Of a DNA stretch of 64,000 nucleotides, positions 1-15,673 are shown piece by piece; the first letter of the stretch is position 1, and the number at the start of each line of letters is the position of its first letter. The DNA is from Eledone cirrhosa (taxonomy: Eukaryota): assembly GCA_964016885.1 (NCBI GenBank), contig OZ024747.1, forward strand, positions 64,418,001 through 64,482,000, written 5' to 3'. A program made the translations under genes and the position numbers. Below the pieces are notes generated by a model. The model made no database searches, was not told where the DNA came from, and saw nothing but the letters and a program-made list of their open reading frames with translations.

Positions 1-132
1 TGTGTGTGTATATATGTATTTATGATTATTTTGACGGTGTATATGTGAATGTATGGGTGCTTGTAATTGCACACACCACACACATACAATCATTTATATA
101 TATATATATGCATATATATATTTAATTTATAT

Positions 133-228
<96 letters not shown>

Positions 229-436
229 TATGTGTGTGTGCGTGTGTGTGCACGTATATTTATATAAATGCATGTGTGTATATATATGTAATTATTTATA
301 CCTGCATCTATGATTATTTTTTGTGTGTATATCAGTCTATTTATGTGCTTGAAACTGAACACTCCTCACACATACAATCTTATATATAGATATATTTTGA
401 TTAATTTATATATATAATTCATGATTATATATATAT

Positions 437-518
<82 letters not shown>

Positions 519-557
519 AATTATATATATATATATATATAATATAAATTATATAAT

Positions 558-595
<38 letters not shown>

Positions 596-1259
596 CTTTA
601 TATTATATGTATATGTATAAATAAGAATTTGGCAGTGAACTGCCACGTAAGTTATCAATCACCCTTGAATGAAAAACTAAGAAGGAAACTGAAAAAGATG
701 CACAAATATCCGATAATGTAACAAGATAGAAGAAATTAAGTGGTCCATTGCCAGATCTTTGGCAAATAGAAAATTTACAAAAATACTATGGAACTATTTA
801 GCAAATATAAATTTGCCAATGTTTGCTTGAAGCTGTTCCAGCCAAACTAGTTACATTTATTTAAAATTATTTTGTTGGAAGAGAAATTCAACAAATATGA
901 TATCTACGTGATTCAGTTATTAGACTGCTGCCATGATGCATCACTACTATCAATTGATTTAATAGATGATATTGGCCACAGTAATTATTATTTAAAATAT
1001 GGTACTAACTAATCTTATCAGTAATTTTTTGTTGGTCTATTACGTTATGGAACTGAAATATGAACTTAAATTCTATTTCACACAGACAGACACTCACGCA
1101 TTCAGAACACACACACATATAATTTATGTAAGGAATCTGAAAAATATTTCTTCAACAACTAGTACGGATTGCGCGTGAACTTAAAATGATAGATTATTTT
1201 TTATGAAACGATATATATGGTTAGAGATAAAAGAAAAACGTTGGTATTTCTATGCAGCT

Positions 1260-1820
1260 TATCAATAAAACGGAATTATGATATTTGCTGATGAGGAAAT
1301 CAAATACGGATTGAGGATTAGAGATATAAGCATTCATGCAGATGCTCACCTTCTGCGGAATATCTTCAATATGTTTAAAAAGATAAAGTTTCATAGAACT
1401 TTTATGTGGTCGATATCTCTCTATGGTTACAATATGATGCAAAACGTGGAAGCCTTTGAAATGTGGGACAGTCGCCAGATAATGAATATCTCTTGGCCTG
1501 AGAAAATGAGTAACACTGGAGTACTGGACAAAGTGGAAGGCCAGGTACTACTTCGAGAGATTATGAGACGACAATTGCCATATATTAGAAAGATATTGCG
1601 CTGATCAGCTTGGATGAATTGAAATGACATGCCACATCTGAATTTATTCAGACAAGGACTGAGTCAAGCTACAAACGAATTGTTGGATTTTGTTCGCGAA
1701 AATGGCCAGCAATAAAGTTATTCAGCTGGAAGAAGATATGGTTAGAAATGGGGAAAGATGGATTGGGAGGAATAGTTCATCGTATATCTGTTGACCGTCA
1801 GAAATAATGAGGCATGATGC
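1260..1820 (+). pseudogene. Decayed RTE-clade LINE fragment (C-terminal part of RT ORF)
   Basis: ORF 1278-1604 contains VEAFEMWDSRQIMNISWPEKMSNTGVL...IMRRQL, resembling the RTE motif lEAFEMWxxRRxLxISWxxxxxNxxVL...IxxRQL; disrupted on both sides. Confidence 0.65.
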
Positions 1821-3959
1821 TGATGTGGATGATACGACGTGCTTTGAAGTTGTTCTCAAAATTCATTGGCCCTCTCGTGGCTATATTAAAGACACTTTCC
1901 AAAGATGACAAGCAGTGAGACTGAACAGAATCTCATGCGGCTGCGAAGATAATTGTTTATACATACAGTACACGTCATTGGTGTGGACTACAAAACTGAT
2001 GTGTATGGAAGGATTATACATGGTGAATAGCTTTATGCTCATATAATACGCCGTCAAAACCTGGGCTTGAAATAATTGAAGTCAAATGGATAATTTATTA
2101 TCCATGATCAATCGGCTATTAGAGATGGTGTGAGATCCAACACATTTCCGTGTATTATACATAGTATAATCTCTATGGTGTTATCCCTGTGATCAGATTA
2201 AATAGCCAATATATATATATATTTAGATATCACACACACACTGTCAGCCGATGGGTCTCGGATATCACAGCGTTTATCAGACCGTTTAGAATAATATGAA
2301 GCCCGGAAAATAACCAGAAAAATAGGTATGTTCTTATATGACTGGAGAAGCACGTTTGTGAATGGCAGTGTTCATAAATGAGCTCCTGCTCAAACTGTAG
2401 GTCTTGAAACCTGACCATGTGGATATTTGGCTATTTGGTAAGTGCTACGCAAGACATGACGGATTAAAACAAGAACTATTCTGAGCATAAATACATAAAA
2501 GCCACTGTCTTAGTGTCGATTACTTTTATAGCTGTATCGACACGGAGACAATAAAATGTTCAGCTAAACTACTTAACTGTATTTAGTTTCGCTCGTTAAT
2601 ATCTAACATCAGATCTATGTGTGACCACCGATGATTGTCACCTTTACAAGGTGGACAAACTACGAACGAACCAGTGATACAATAGCTAAATTTAATTGTG
2701 TGTTCTGTTGCTAAATTCAAAGAAAATCAATATCATAAATATTTAATGAAGATATAATTTCAATTGATCTTTTTCACCAGATTCTAAAGGCAAGATCTAA
2801 GAGAATCACTGCAGTTCTGATACATGACATTACTCCGTATGGCCAAATTGACCTCGACCTTTCATTTCAGCAGAGCAGAATCTATTGTAAATATTATATG
2901 TCGGAGGTAATCTCTAGCAGATGACAGATACTTAAGAAGAGAAGCAGCATGAATGACTAAGGTTATGGCTACTAAAGCACATTAATGCGCATTAATGTAA
3001 TAAATCTGACAGTTTTATTACAAGAGTTTTCTAAATAAGGAGCAGCTGTCTCGAATGATACAAATGATACATGAGGAGAATCGTTTGAAGAATAGCGAGA
3101 AACAATTGACAAAGCTTTGAATATAATTTAATTTAAGACTGTTCCCTCTGAGATGGTTAGAGAATTAAGGTGGACATGCTTCTTTTTCATTATTGCCAAT
3201 GCAAAATATTGGAGGCATGTATGTTATTCTAAGTACCACATTTGTTGCTGTATAGCCAAATTTGAGGCCCGATTTGAGTAGGCCAATGATCAATAAAATT
3301 ACGACTATAACCATCTCGTATTTCTCTGTACCTACATCTATATTGACATATAAGGAGTTTTAATTTACAAGAGGTTAGAGTATGATCTTAGATAGATATG
3401 TCAGCTATTTCTACAGATCAACCGAATTGGCTTTTACATGAATCTGAAAAATAATGGAAATGTACCTGCTAAAGGTGACATTTATCTTACAATCATACAA
3501 ATGTTAATTAAACGAAAATTAAATGGATATACAGAGGATTAGTACGATCCTTCGTAGTAATTGTGACAGTTATGGTGATGTTTTGGGCTTATTAGATCTC
3601 CACAAAGTTCAGGCAGCACATAAATACCAAACACCAGAAAAAACAAGCAGATTCAGTTCTGGTTTTGAAAATAAGTGATATATAAGAAAATTCAAACTTA
3701 TAATATTGGTATGGTTAGCAAGAATACACGGCCACACACACACACCCACATGTTTAAACATACGAAGATATTGACATATGCTAATGACGAATTTTATCTA
3801 TATTCATATACAATCTTTTCCTTTTATACTTTTGTATAAAATATTCTAGTTTTTAAGCTTCTGTTTATGCCTTGAGCATCAGCCTATATATCAATATATC
3901 TATATAGACATACTCTGCCAGTATCCTCCCTTTCTCCATGCATACACGACCTCACACCT

Positions 3960-3977
3960 ACACACACACACATACAC

Positions 3978-4061
<84 letters not shown>
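3960..4061. repeat. (CA)n microsatellite
   Basis: Seen directly. Confidence 0.95.
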
Positions 4062-4063
<2 letters not shown>

Positions 4064-4368
4064 TTCTTTCTTTATATACGTTTTAGCTTCGGTGGATATT
4101 TCGAAAATATTTCCCGAAAAAGATAATTCGGGTGTGAAAATTTATATATCATTGCTGGCTGCGCTGCACTCAGTACATTTCATTTTGTTTATATTATATG
4201 GATAATAAGGAACGTAAATACTCGAAAGAATGTTGCTGTACAATTATGTAATTTTATCTATTCATATTTTCTACTTTAAAGTAAGTTATATAATTGCATT
4301 ATCTACGTTATCAGAAAGGTTTATTGTTATTTATTATGTATAGAGACAATCACGTTTGCGTGTACATA

Positions 4369-4422
<54 letters not shown>

Positions 4423-5326
4423 GGGGGGGGGGGGCGCAAATAAGACCGATATTACTTCAATCAGTGCACTCACACTTAGTAAACACGCTAAAACAAACGT
4501 CAACTTGCACTTATGACATATGCTAAACAAAACCGCGAACCATCCCCAAATGCGGCAACCAGAACGCCGACCACCAACCTTTCCAGAACTTGGCGAACCA
4601 CAATGGCTACCAAAATGGGGAAGATAGATGTTATCAAGCTGCAGCCGTTATATTACGTACTCTGTATATAATAAAGCTAAGAAAGCTATTATTACCTGTA
4701 ACGACATCGGCCCCATTACGTGTTAAGCCGTGCTCCAGAACCTATCGCTTATCTACTTAGATGAAGTGATGTCACGCATCGGGAAATCTAGTTCGTACAA
4801 CACAACATAAGCCCAAAACTACCTCAGCCATTAAAGAAATAGATGAAATGCACCCAAGATTGGTATCACATATTCCAATATCCAAATGCGCCGCAAAAAG
4901 CATAAAATTCAATGACATTATTTACACACATCTCAATATATATGTATACACAACCGAATGCAAAATATTCAAGATTAAATCATATATACACAAACACACA
5001 CCCTATTTGAAACTAATCATATTTTGTGACTAACTCTATCTACAGAAAATGTGACTGACGTAACCTGTATTATCAAAAGTGCAATAACCATAGAATTAAT
5101 CTGATTGATATTTTCTCAGTTCTTTTATGGGGCATAGATTTGTGATCATCAGAGTTTATCATAACTTACACATCTGCCTTTACATACTCCAACTGACTAC
5201 ATAGTATTGTGGATTATCTTTGCATTTGCTATATATATTTCTGGATAAAATCCTCGGAGAAGGACTGCTACTACTACTACTACTATGACCACCGCCACAA
5301 CTACTACTACTACTATTACTAATAAT

Positions 5327-6215
5327 TGTTTTACTTTTGGCACAAGGCCAGCAATTACTCAGTACATTACTGGAACTTTATTTTATCGACCCCCGTAAGG
5401 ATGAAAGGCAAAGTTAACCTTGACGGGATTTGAACTCAGAATGGAAAGGGCCGTAACTCTATGCATTAAAGCATGGTGTCAGACTCCCTACCGATACTGC
5501 CAGTCCACCGCCCTCTACTATTACTAATAATAATACTAAAATCACCATCACCATTACACTCATATTACTATTACCACTACTATTACTACTTCTACCACCA
5601 CAACCACTACTAATACTACCACCGCCACCAGCATAAGTCTATCCTGCAAATTATGATGTCTGACGCTCTACCGATACTGCCAATCAACCACCCTTTAATA
5701 ATGGTTTCTTATATAGGCACAAGGCCAGCAATTTGGGGGAGGGGGATGTCGATTAATCGATCCCAGTGCATTACTGGTATTTTATTTTATCGACCCCGTA
5801 AGGATGAAAGGCAAAGTTAACTTCGGCGGGATTTGAACTCAGATCATAAAGGGCCGTAACTCTATGCTGCAAAGCATGGCGTCCGACCCTCTATCGATGC
5901 TGCCAATCCACCACCCTACCCTTTAATAATAATAGTAATTTCTTCCATAGGCCATCAATTTGAGGAATGATTAAATCGACTGGTACTTTATCGACCCCAT
6001 AAGGATGAAGGCAAACCTAACCTCGACCGGATTTGAATTTAAAACATAACTTTCAATAACTAAATACTGCGAAGCATTTTCTCCGACGCTCTACCAATTC
6101 TGCCAATCCACATAACAATAATTGTTTCTACTTTAGGCACACGGCCAGCAATTAACCAGTGCATTACTGGTACTTTATTTTATCGACCCCGTAAGGATGA
6201 AAGGCAAAGTCAACC
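5327..6215 (-). mobile_element. Cluster of ~5 head-to-tail full or partial copies of a tRNA-derived SINE
   Basis: The motif ggcacaaggccagcaatt...ttttatcgaccccgtaaggatgaaaggcaaag...ggatttgaactc...gccaatccaccgccc recurs at ~5327-5513, 5631-5693 (head only), 5704-5916, 5940-6110 and 6124-6215 (tail only). The minus strand shows an A-box-like TGGCAGTATCGG and a B-box GTTCAAATCC. Confidence 0.85.
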
Positions 6216-6257
6216 CACATAACAATAATGATAATTCTTTCTAATTATATTATATTA

Positions 6258-6339
<82 letters not shown>

Positions 6340-6447
6340 TGAGGGAGAGGCGGGAGAGAGGCGGGGAGAGGGAGAGAGAGGGAGAGATATGGAGAGAGAA
6401 GGCGGGGGAGAGTGGGTTTATGTGTGTATGTATAAAATATATTTAAC

Positions 6448-6493
<46 letters not shown>

Positions 6494-7333
6494 TTAATCG
6501 AATTTATTGCCAAACACAAACATTTATGTGTGTGCTGGTGGTGGTGGTGGTGCTTGTATATATTATATATATATTTGATGTAGTGATGAAAGTATTAAAA
6601 AGCTGCATATCTTCACTATTGAATTTCTTTGGATATCACATCAATATAACAAAAAAGAAAATTTCTTATCAAGTCACATTACAGGCAGTTAAAAAGTCTA
6701 ATATTTTGACTAACTTCCATATCAATGCTTCCTAATTCGTCTATCGCAACTACAATTGGCTTCAGCAAGTAAAAATATTTGAAATATCTGAGTCGTGTGT
6801 AACATTATTATACTGGAGTACCTAAACAGTAAGAAGTGATAGCTATTTAAATATCTATGGCTTGTTGTTTTAGATATAGTTTTTTTTTTCTAAACACATA
6901 TATAAGAGTTTTGTTTCCTATTTGCAGTATATTATAGAATGTTTGATCTGTTATGTTCTGTTTTATTATATATTTAATTTATGTGTTTTTTTTTAATATT
7001 TAGTAAAATGTCGGTTATGTACGGAAACATTCAAATACAATATATTTTATCACTATTCGTTGTAAAGAATTTGCAGTATGTGGCTTTTACAACAAACAAA
7101 TGTATTAATCTTTTTCAATTCTATAAATATCGAGCACATGATTGAATCAGTAGAAAATAAAATTATGAAATTTCCAGCTCACACAAATGCAACTTTTGCT
7201 GGGCACTTACGAGATTGCATCTCATAGGAGGGTTCTCTTTTGACAATAGGTGATTCTGTCTTAATATGAAAGTCAAAAAGTATCTTGTGCAAAATCACAA
7301 CGCCACTCTCTGTCTAGAGATCTAACCCTAGAC

Positions 7334-7463
7334 CAGGCATGTTAAACAGGAAACCTGTAAAATAAGAAAAAAGTTGTAATGTGTGCAATTGTCGTGTGTG
7401 GCGCTCAGACAAAACATATGTGACCCATGTGGCACTCGGGGTATCTTGAATTTGACTTGCCTG
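7334..7463. mobile_element. hAT-family MITE (~130 bp)
   Basis: Imperfect 13-bp TIRs caggcatgttaaa / tttgacttgcctg, preceded by ccctagac; the left end matches that of the transposase-bearing element at 8038. TSD is degenerate. Confidence 0.6.
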
Positions 7464-7603
7464 ATCAAGATTATATTTTAACACATAGGAATTGTAGGGC
7501 TGTTACCAAAGAGCCAGAAAATTGACAAGTCGACCCTAAATATGACTAATTGCTCTAGGAAAGCCATGGATGACACCACATCTTTTTAACTTTGATTTTG
7601 AAG

Positions 7604-7899
7604 GTAGGTTTATAATTATTAATTTTCATTATACTTTTGTAGCTGTCTCGGCGGCCTAGTTGGAAGAATCGTAGACGGTGGTGATCCTGGTCTGAAGCTC
7701 GATCCTGGTCGGGAGTAGGGTTCCCGGTAAACCTTTTCAGTTTTTTTCTATGGCATGTAAAATAGAATTTGAAATAGATTACATGTACCTCTTGACCAGG
7801 ATTGAAACCAAGACCAGAATCTTCACGGTCTCTAGAACCCACATCTAGGCCACTGAGAAAGCTACGGAATCTACTGAAAATTCATATATATAAACCTAC
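7604..7899. repeat. Imperfect palindrome made of two tail-to-tail tRNA-like heads
   Basis: gtagctgtctcggcggcctag (from 7639) is the near reverse complement of ctaggccactgagaaagctac (ending 7865). Each arm has A-box-like (GGCCTAGTTGG / GGCCTAGATG) and B-box-like (GCTCGATCC / TTTCAATCC) motifs. Confidence 0.65.
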
Positions 7900-8037
7900 T
7901 TGCACAATTTTCAATACAAAATGATGTGGTGGTCTTAATGTCTTTCTTAATGTTATTTCTCCTACTTAATGTCGACTTCTAAATCATTTGGGTGTTCCAT
8001 AAACTACATCCTCGTTTTGTTTCTCAACTCTCTAGAC

Positions 8038-9610
8038 CAGGCATGTGAAATACGCGGCCCTTTGCAAACGCACCTGCGGCCTGCACAATGGTTTTGACAG
8101 TGCAGGCATGTTTTATCTTTGTAATATGAAATTAAAAAGAAATTCCATAGAATTGGTTGTTTTGTGTGATTTTTGTCAACTAATTTTTATTGCAAGCCAT
8201 GGACTCAGCCGAATGATTGCCATGAGTGTGAAATTATACAGTGAATGAGATTTTGTAAAGTAATGGATTCTAAAAACAGCTGAAATTGTATGTTCAGAGA
8301 AAGCACAGTTATTCAAAGACATTTCATTAACCAGGAACACTTGCTGAACGGATTGATGAAATGTCAGGTGATCTGAACCAACAGTTGAAGGCTGTATCAT
8401 CAAGATTTGAGATCATTGGCATCACTGGAATACCACAGCTTGCATTCCTCATCTGGGCCTGTGACAGTGATTTTAATATTTATGATTGAACTGGTCCCCA
8501 TGCATGACACTATAACAAGCCAGGACCTCTTTGAGAAGGTCGAGCAGGTTCTGCATGACTACGGTTTTGATTTCAGTGAACTTGCATGCTTATATACTGA
8601 CGCTGCTGCGAATATGGTTGGCAGACACGTTAGGAACAAAAATAGAAAACTCGCATCCAGATTCATCATTTGCACATTTTCACTGTATTATTCATCAGCA
8701 ATATTTGTGTTCAAAGATTTTAAAATTGCATCATGTGCTTAGCTTGGTCACAAAGACAGTGAACTATATCAGAGGTTGTGCTCTTAACCGCCGTCAGTTC
8801 AGCCAGTTGTTGGAAGATATGAATAATCAGTTCACCGATGTTTCATTCTACACAGAAATATGCTGGTTGTCATGTCATAAAGTGCTGAAAAGATTATATT
8901 TGTTGAGACAAGACATACTTGTTTTTGGAGATGAAAGATCGAAACACAGATGAAATAAAAGATGGAAGTTGGCTCCAAAATCTGGCTTTTGCTCTGGATA
9001 TTACTGCACAATTAACTGATTTTAATTTCAAATTACAAGGTAAAAACAAACTCATCACTCAGTTGTATGATGATATCAAATGCTTCATTAGAAAACGAAG
9101 CTTATGGAAGTCAAAGTTGTCAAATGAAAATTTAGTTCATTTTACAACGTGCAAAGAGCTGAAAAACACTGCCAATACTGATTCTGTACTTAGCTTTGCT
9201 AAGTATGACAGTCACCTGGATCTGTTGTCAAATGAATTCAGCAAAGATATTGAACATCATCTTTTGAACATCAGATTGCATTATTCTCAGCACCATTCGC
9301 CTTTGATATTGACATAAGCAAAGTATCTTGAGTGGGGATACCTGGTTTCTTTTCATACCTTCCTGAAAAGGTAAAAAACCTCACTAAGTTTGCCACAAAG
9401 AGTATGGCGATGTTTGGTTCTACCTATGTATGTGAACAGTTATTTTCCTACATGAAATTAACAACAAACATCACAGAGAACAAGGTTGACTGATCAACAC
9501 TTGTCAACTCTAATCTGTATTGTACAGACATTTCAGCAGGACATACCAGAAATTGTTAACAAAAAGAATTGTCAAGCCTCAGGACAAAACACTAAAAAAG
9601 GTTGAATAGT
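8038..9610 (+). mobile_element. Decayed hAT DNA transposon (Charlie/SPIN/Buster type, GTF2IRD2-like transposase pseudogene)
   Basis: Left TIR caggcatgtgaaatacgcggccc follows ctctagac (8030-8037). Frameshifted ORFs contain YTDAAANMVG (TDGA-like), HCIIHQQYLC (CxxH), YTEICWLS (RW-motif region) and WLQNLAFALDIT...KLQGK; the dimerisation motif MFGSTYVCEQLFSYMK is at ~9410. Right TIR not found. Confidence 0.88.
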
Positions 9611-10076
9611 ACAAATAAATGTTCAGTTTTGAACTGTTGCAATTTTTGTACAATGTATTTGTTGCTGCTGCAAGCTGCAAGTATATGTTGCCATTTAAAA
9701 TTTTAGTGTTTTGTCAAACCACTTCATTACTTTGTATTCATGAATGCTGCTGAAACATTCTTATGCAACGTAAAATCAAATGCTGCATATTAAAGAAAAT
9801 TATGATGTAAAATATTAGAGTGATGGCAATAAAGATAGAGGTTCTGTCTTTGTTGATTCTGGTTTTGTTGATTGGACGAGACGAGAATTCCTTGATAAAA
9901 CATTTATTCTTAAAATCAACAAAACTACACCACGAAAGTATCAAGATGTAAAATGTAAAACGTTAATTAACAAAACTTTGTTTTAATATCTATTAAATTA
10001 ATACAGATTGTTAAGATGCACATATTTTAACATATCTGTATGTCTCAGCAACTCTCTAAATTAATTCCGTCTATCT

Positions 10077-10140
<64 letters not shown>

Positions 10141-11483
10141 AAATAGATAGATAAATGATAGATAGATTGATATATTTATAGATAGATAGACAAGTGTGTT
10201 TGAGTGTGTATGCCTCTATGTGGGGAAGTGCCTCTGCGCAAATGTGTGTATGTACATGCACGTGTAATTTCCATCAGGTTACGTAGTGCCACATTTATAC
10301 TACAACCCATGCATTCTTTTTTGTAAAAGACATTGGGAAACATTACCCTCAAATATTCAGTTATTCCGTTTAACATCTGCCTGGTATTAATTTTTATGTA
10401 AAAAACGGAGATAAGCGGACAAAAAAAAATTCCGTTCATCTTAAGTGTATTCGTAGAAATATATGTCTGAGAGGAGAGTGCGTGTGTGTGAATGTGAATG
10501 TGAGTGTGTGAATGCGTATGTGTGTGTATACAGGGTGTTACCCAAAATTGTATACAAACTTCAACAGCATTCTAATATATTTATTAGATTCTATCGCAAT
10601 GTAAATGCTTAACGTTTTTATACGTTCATTGCATTGACTTCATTAAGTACTAACGTTATGTTTTAATTGCCAGTTAAGGAAAACATTATAAAAAGTTAAA
10701 GTTCTAATAAAACTTAAAATATCGAATATTAATTTCTCCTATTATCACATGGAGTTCCAGAATTTTACTTTGGTTGGGGTGGTATTTTCAATCGATTCCT
10801 ATCCGTTACATCTTTGGCTAGTAATTATTTCAGCAACTCCTAGGTTTACGAGCAAGAATTATTTCTCATGTTGTCAATATATTCCCGAAAGTTAAAGATT
10901 GTTATATAACAGAATCCCCTCAAATCTCTTATAGTTATTGAGTATTGGTAAATGCATAGGCAACGAGAGAATGAGATTTATGTTTCGTACACTGCTATAG
11001 TGAGAGCTTTTTGTAAAGTTATCTATATGACCACTAATTCAAGAGAGGGGAGAGGGGTCTTCATATAGACAAGAATCTTCATATGTTTAAGTGTTATCTG
11101 ATGCTAGAATCCGAAATCAAAACATAAAGAATCGAAAAAGTCATGTTGGCAGCTATGATTGACACTGAGTCACGTACGATTCTAGGACAGTGAATAAGAT
11201 CTAGCCTCACGAAAAGAAGCTTTAGATAGAAGCTGAAAAAGCTTTTTCACCTCTGGACGATTAGGATCATATATCTTCATTCCAGTGAAAATATAGATAA
11301 TTCTATTCTGAACATGCATGTGTATATATATAAGTGTGTGCGCGTGTGCATATCTAGGGCGGGAAAATCCTGCGATCCATGGACGAGTTCTCTCAAGCGA
11401 TTTCTGTCCTTCATCATTGCCACCACTTCCTGTGTCTCCCAGAAACCAGTGTCTGTCCTTAGCGCATCTCTCTCTCTCTCTCT

Positions 11484-11520
<37 letters not shown>

Positions 11521-11609
11521 TAGATATATAAATATATATACATATATATATATATATACACACATATATATATATGTATGTATATATATATACATACATA
11601 TATATATAT

Positions 11610-11682
<73 letters not shown>

Positions 11683-11700
11683 TATATATATATATGTATG

Positions 11701-11748
<48 letters not shown>

Positions 11749-11820
11749 TATATATATGTATGTATGTATATATATATACATATATATATCTTGTTTCTGA
11801 ATATCTCTATATATATACAC

Positions 11821-11852
<32 letters not shown>

Positions 11853-11855
11853 ATA

Positions 11856-11911
<56 letters not shown>

Positions 11912-12009
11912 TATATATATATATGTTTGTATGTATATATATATACATATATATATACACACACATATATATATATGTATGTATGTATGTATATATATAT
12001 ATATATATA

Positions 12010-12638
12010 GTGAAAAATTGAACGGGAACAAAACAGAGAGGCAGTACGAACAAAGGTTTATTAATTTCACGCTCTTGAGAGTGGGGTGGTGGTGGGGAAC
12101 GACGTTTCGGGCATAAGTCCCTCTTCAGGTGAAAAGTGTGGGGGAAGAGAGTTCAAAGGGTGTGTAGGGGAGTGGTGGAAGACATATAGCAAAAAGGGGA
12201 TGAGAGGAAACGGTGCAAATGAAATTAAAAATAAAGGCATGATCAAAATAAAATTAAAATGGGGTAAAATAGGTGGTGGAAGGGTGTGGGCGTGTAGGGG
12301 TGGTGGCGTGTGGAGTGGGGAGAGGGAGACGGGGTGTCCGAGCGGGGAGGGCTGAAGTGGTATATGTATGTAGGTGTACGTGTTTGTGTGTGTGTATGTG
12401 AAAGCAAGTGTTGGGGGAAGAACGGGGTTGCATGTTCAGGAAGAGGTGTGTGTGGGGTGGGGTGTAGGTCGGAGTGTGTGTGCGTGTTTGGATAGAGGAG
12501 TGGGGGGAGAGGATTCCGGAGGCTGAATGTGTAAATATGTGGCGGTACGCACGTGTGCGTGTGGTGTTTATGCGTGTTGTGGATGTAGGTGGAATGTGGG
12601 AAAAAAATGTGTTTTGGATGTGTGTCTGGGGTGAGTCG
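12010..12638 (-). mobile_element. Penelope-pLTR-like insertion in (TA)n with a minimal hammerhead motif
   Basis: The minus strand of 12099-12131 reads cac-CTGAAGA-gggac-ttat-gccc-GAAAC-GTC-gt. A related, more decayed copy lies on the plus strand at ~38995-39130. Confidence 0.5.
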
Positions 12639-12705
<67 letters not shown>

Positions 12706-12710
12706 GTATG

Positions 12711-12743
<33 letters not shown>

Positions 12744-12744
12744 G

Positions 12745-12911
<167 letters not shown>

Positions 12912-12940
12912 GTATATATATATGTATATATATGTATATA

Positions 12941-13002
<62 letters not shown>

Positions 13003-13005
13003 AAT

Positions 13006-13102
<97 letters not shown>

Positions 13103-13113
13103 CATATATATAC

Positions 13114-13156
<43 letters not shown>

Positions 13157-13192
13157 CATATATATATATGTATATATATATATATACATATA

Positions 13193-13230
<38 letters not shown>

Positions 13231-13327
13231 TATATACATATATATATATACGTATATATATGTATATATATATACATATATATATATACATATATATATG
13301 TATATATATATATACATATATATATTC

Positions 13328-13358
<31 letters not shown>

Positions 13359-13439
13359 CATATATATATACATATATATATGTATATATATATATATACA
13401 TATATATATATACATATATATATATACATCTATATATAC

Positions 13440-13472
<33 letters not shown>

Positions 13473-13511
13473 CATATATATACATATATATATATATACA
13501 TATATATATAC

Positions 13512-13598
<87 letters not shown>

Positions 13599-13633
13599 CA
13601 TATATATATATACATATATATATATATACATAC

Positions 13634-13666
<33 letters not shown>

Positions 13667-13679
13667 GATATACATATAT

Positions 13680-13786
<107 letters not shown>

Positions 13787-13843
13787 CACATACATATATA
13801 TATATACATATATATATACATATATATACACATATATATATAC

Positions 13844-13878
<35 letters not shown>

Positions 13879-13881
13879 AAT

Positions 13882-13927
<46 letters not shown>

Positions 13928-14181
13928 CACATACATATATATATATACATATATATATATACATATATATACATATATATATATATATGTATATATATAT
14001 GTGTATATGTATATGTATATATATATATTTGTATATATATATGTGTGTATATATATATATGTATATATATATATTTGTATATATATATGTATATATATAT
14101 ATGTATACATATATATATATATATGTATATATATATATGTATATATATATATGTATATATATATATATGTATATATATATG

Positions 14182-14226
<45 letters not shown>

Positions 14227-14269
14227 GTATATATATATATGTATATATATATATATGTATATATATATG

Positions 14270-14314
<45 letters not shown>

Positions 14315-14360
14315 GTATATATATATATGTATATATATATATGTATACATATATATATAT

Positions 14361-14604
<244 letters not shown>

Positions 14605-14613
14605 CATATACAC

Positions 14614-14644
<31 letters not shown>

Positions 14645-14645
14645 C

Positions 14646-14856
<211 letters not shown>

Positions 14857-14869
14857 CATATATATATAC

Positions 14870-14953
<84 letters not shown>

Positions 14954-15150
14954 CTCGACACCTTGTTATCCAGGATCCCGGATGAGCCCACAGCAAGACA
15001 CGAGGGAAACCTAAGGGCAGCAGCAACAAACTCCCTCCTACACCAGTGGCCAACCTATACAGGCTGGAGATAAAATGTGTAGCAACAAGGGCGGTGCCCC
15101 AGCATGGCCTCAGCCGGATGGCTGAAACAGGTAAAAGTGTAAAAGAGTAA
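14954..15150 (+). mobile_element. 5'-truncated 3' end of a CR1-like LINE inserted in (TA)n
   Basis: Translates [31 protein letters not shown]...stop, resembling the C-terminal LDxxLxxIPDEP...RAAxxNSL motif, followed by a short 3' UTR and a gtaaaagtgtaaaagagtaa tail. Confidence 0.65.
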
Positions 15151-15154
15151 TATA

Positions 15155-15294
<140 letters not shown>

Positions 15295-15319
15295 CATATA
15301 TATATATACATATATATAC

Positions 15320-15376
<57 letters not shown>

Positions 15377-15387
15377 TACATATACTG

Positions 15388-15422
<35 letters not shown>

Positions 15423-15424
15423 CT

Positions 15425-15518
<94 letters not shown>

Positions 15519-15547
15519 TATATACATATATATATACATATATATAC

Positions 15548-15622
<75 letters not shown>

Positions 15623-15639
15623 TACATATACTTATATAC

Positions 15640-15673
<34 letters not shown>

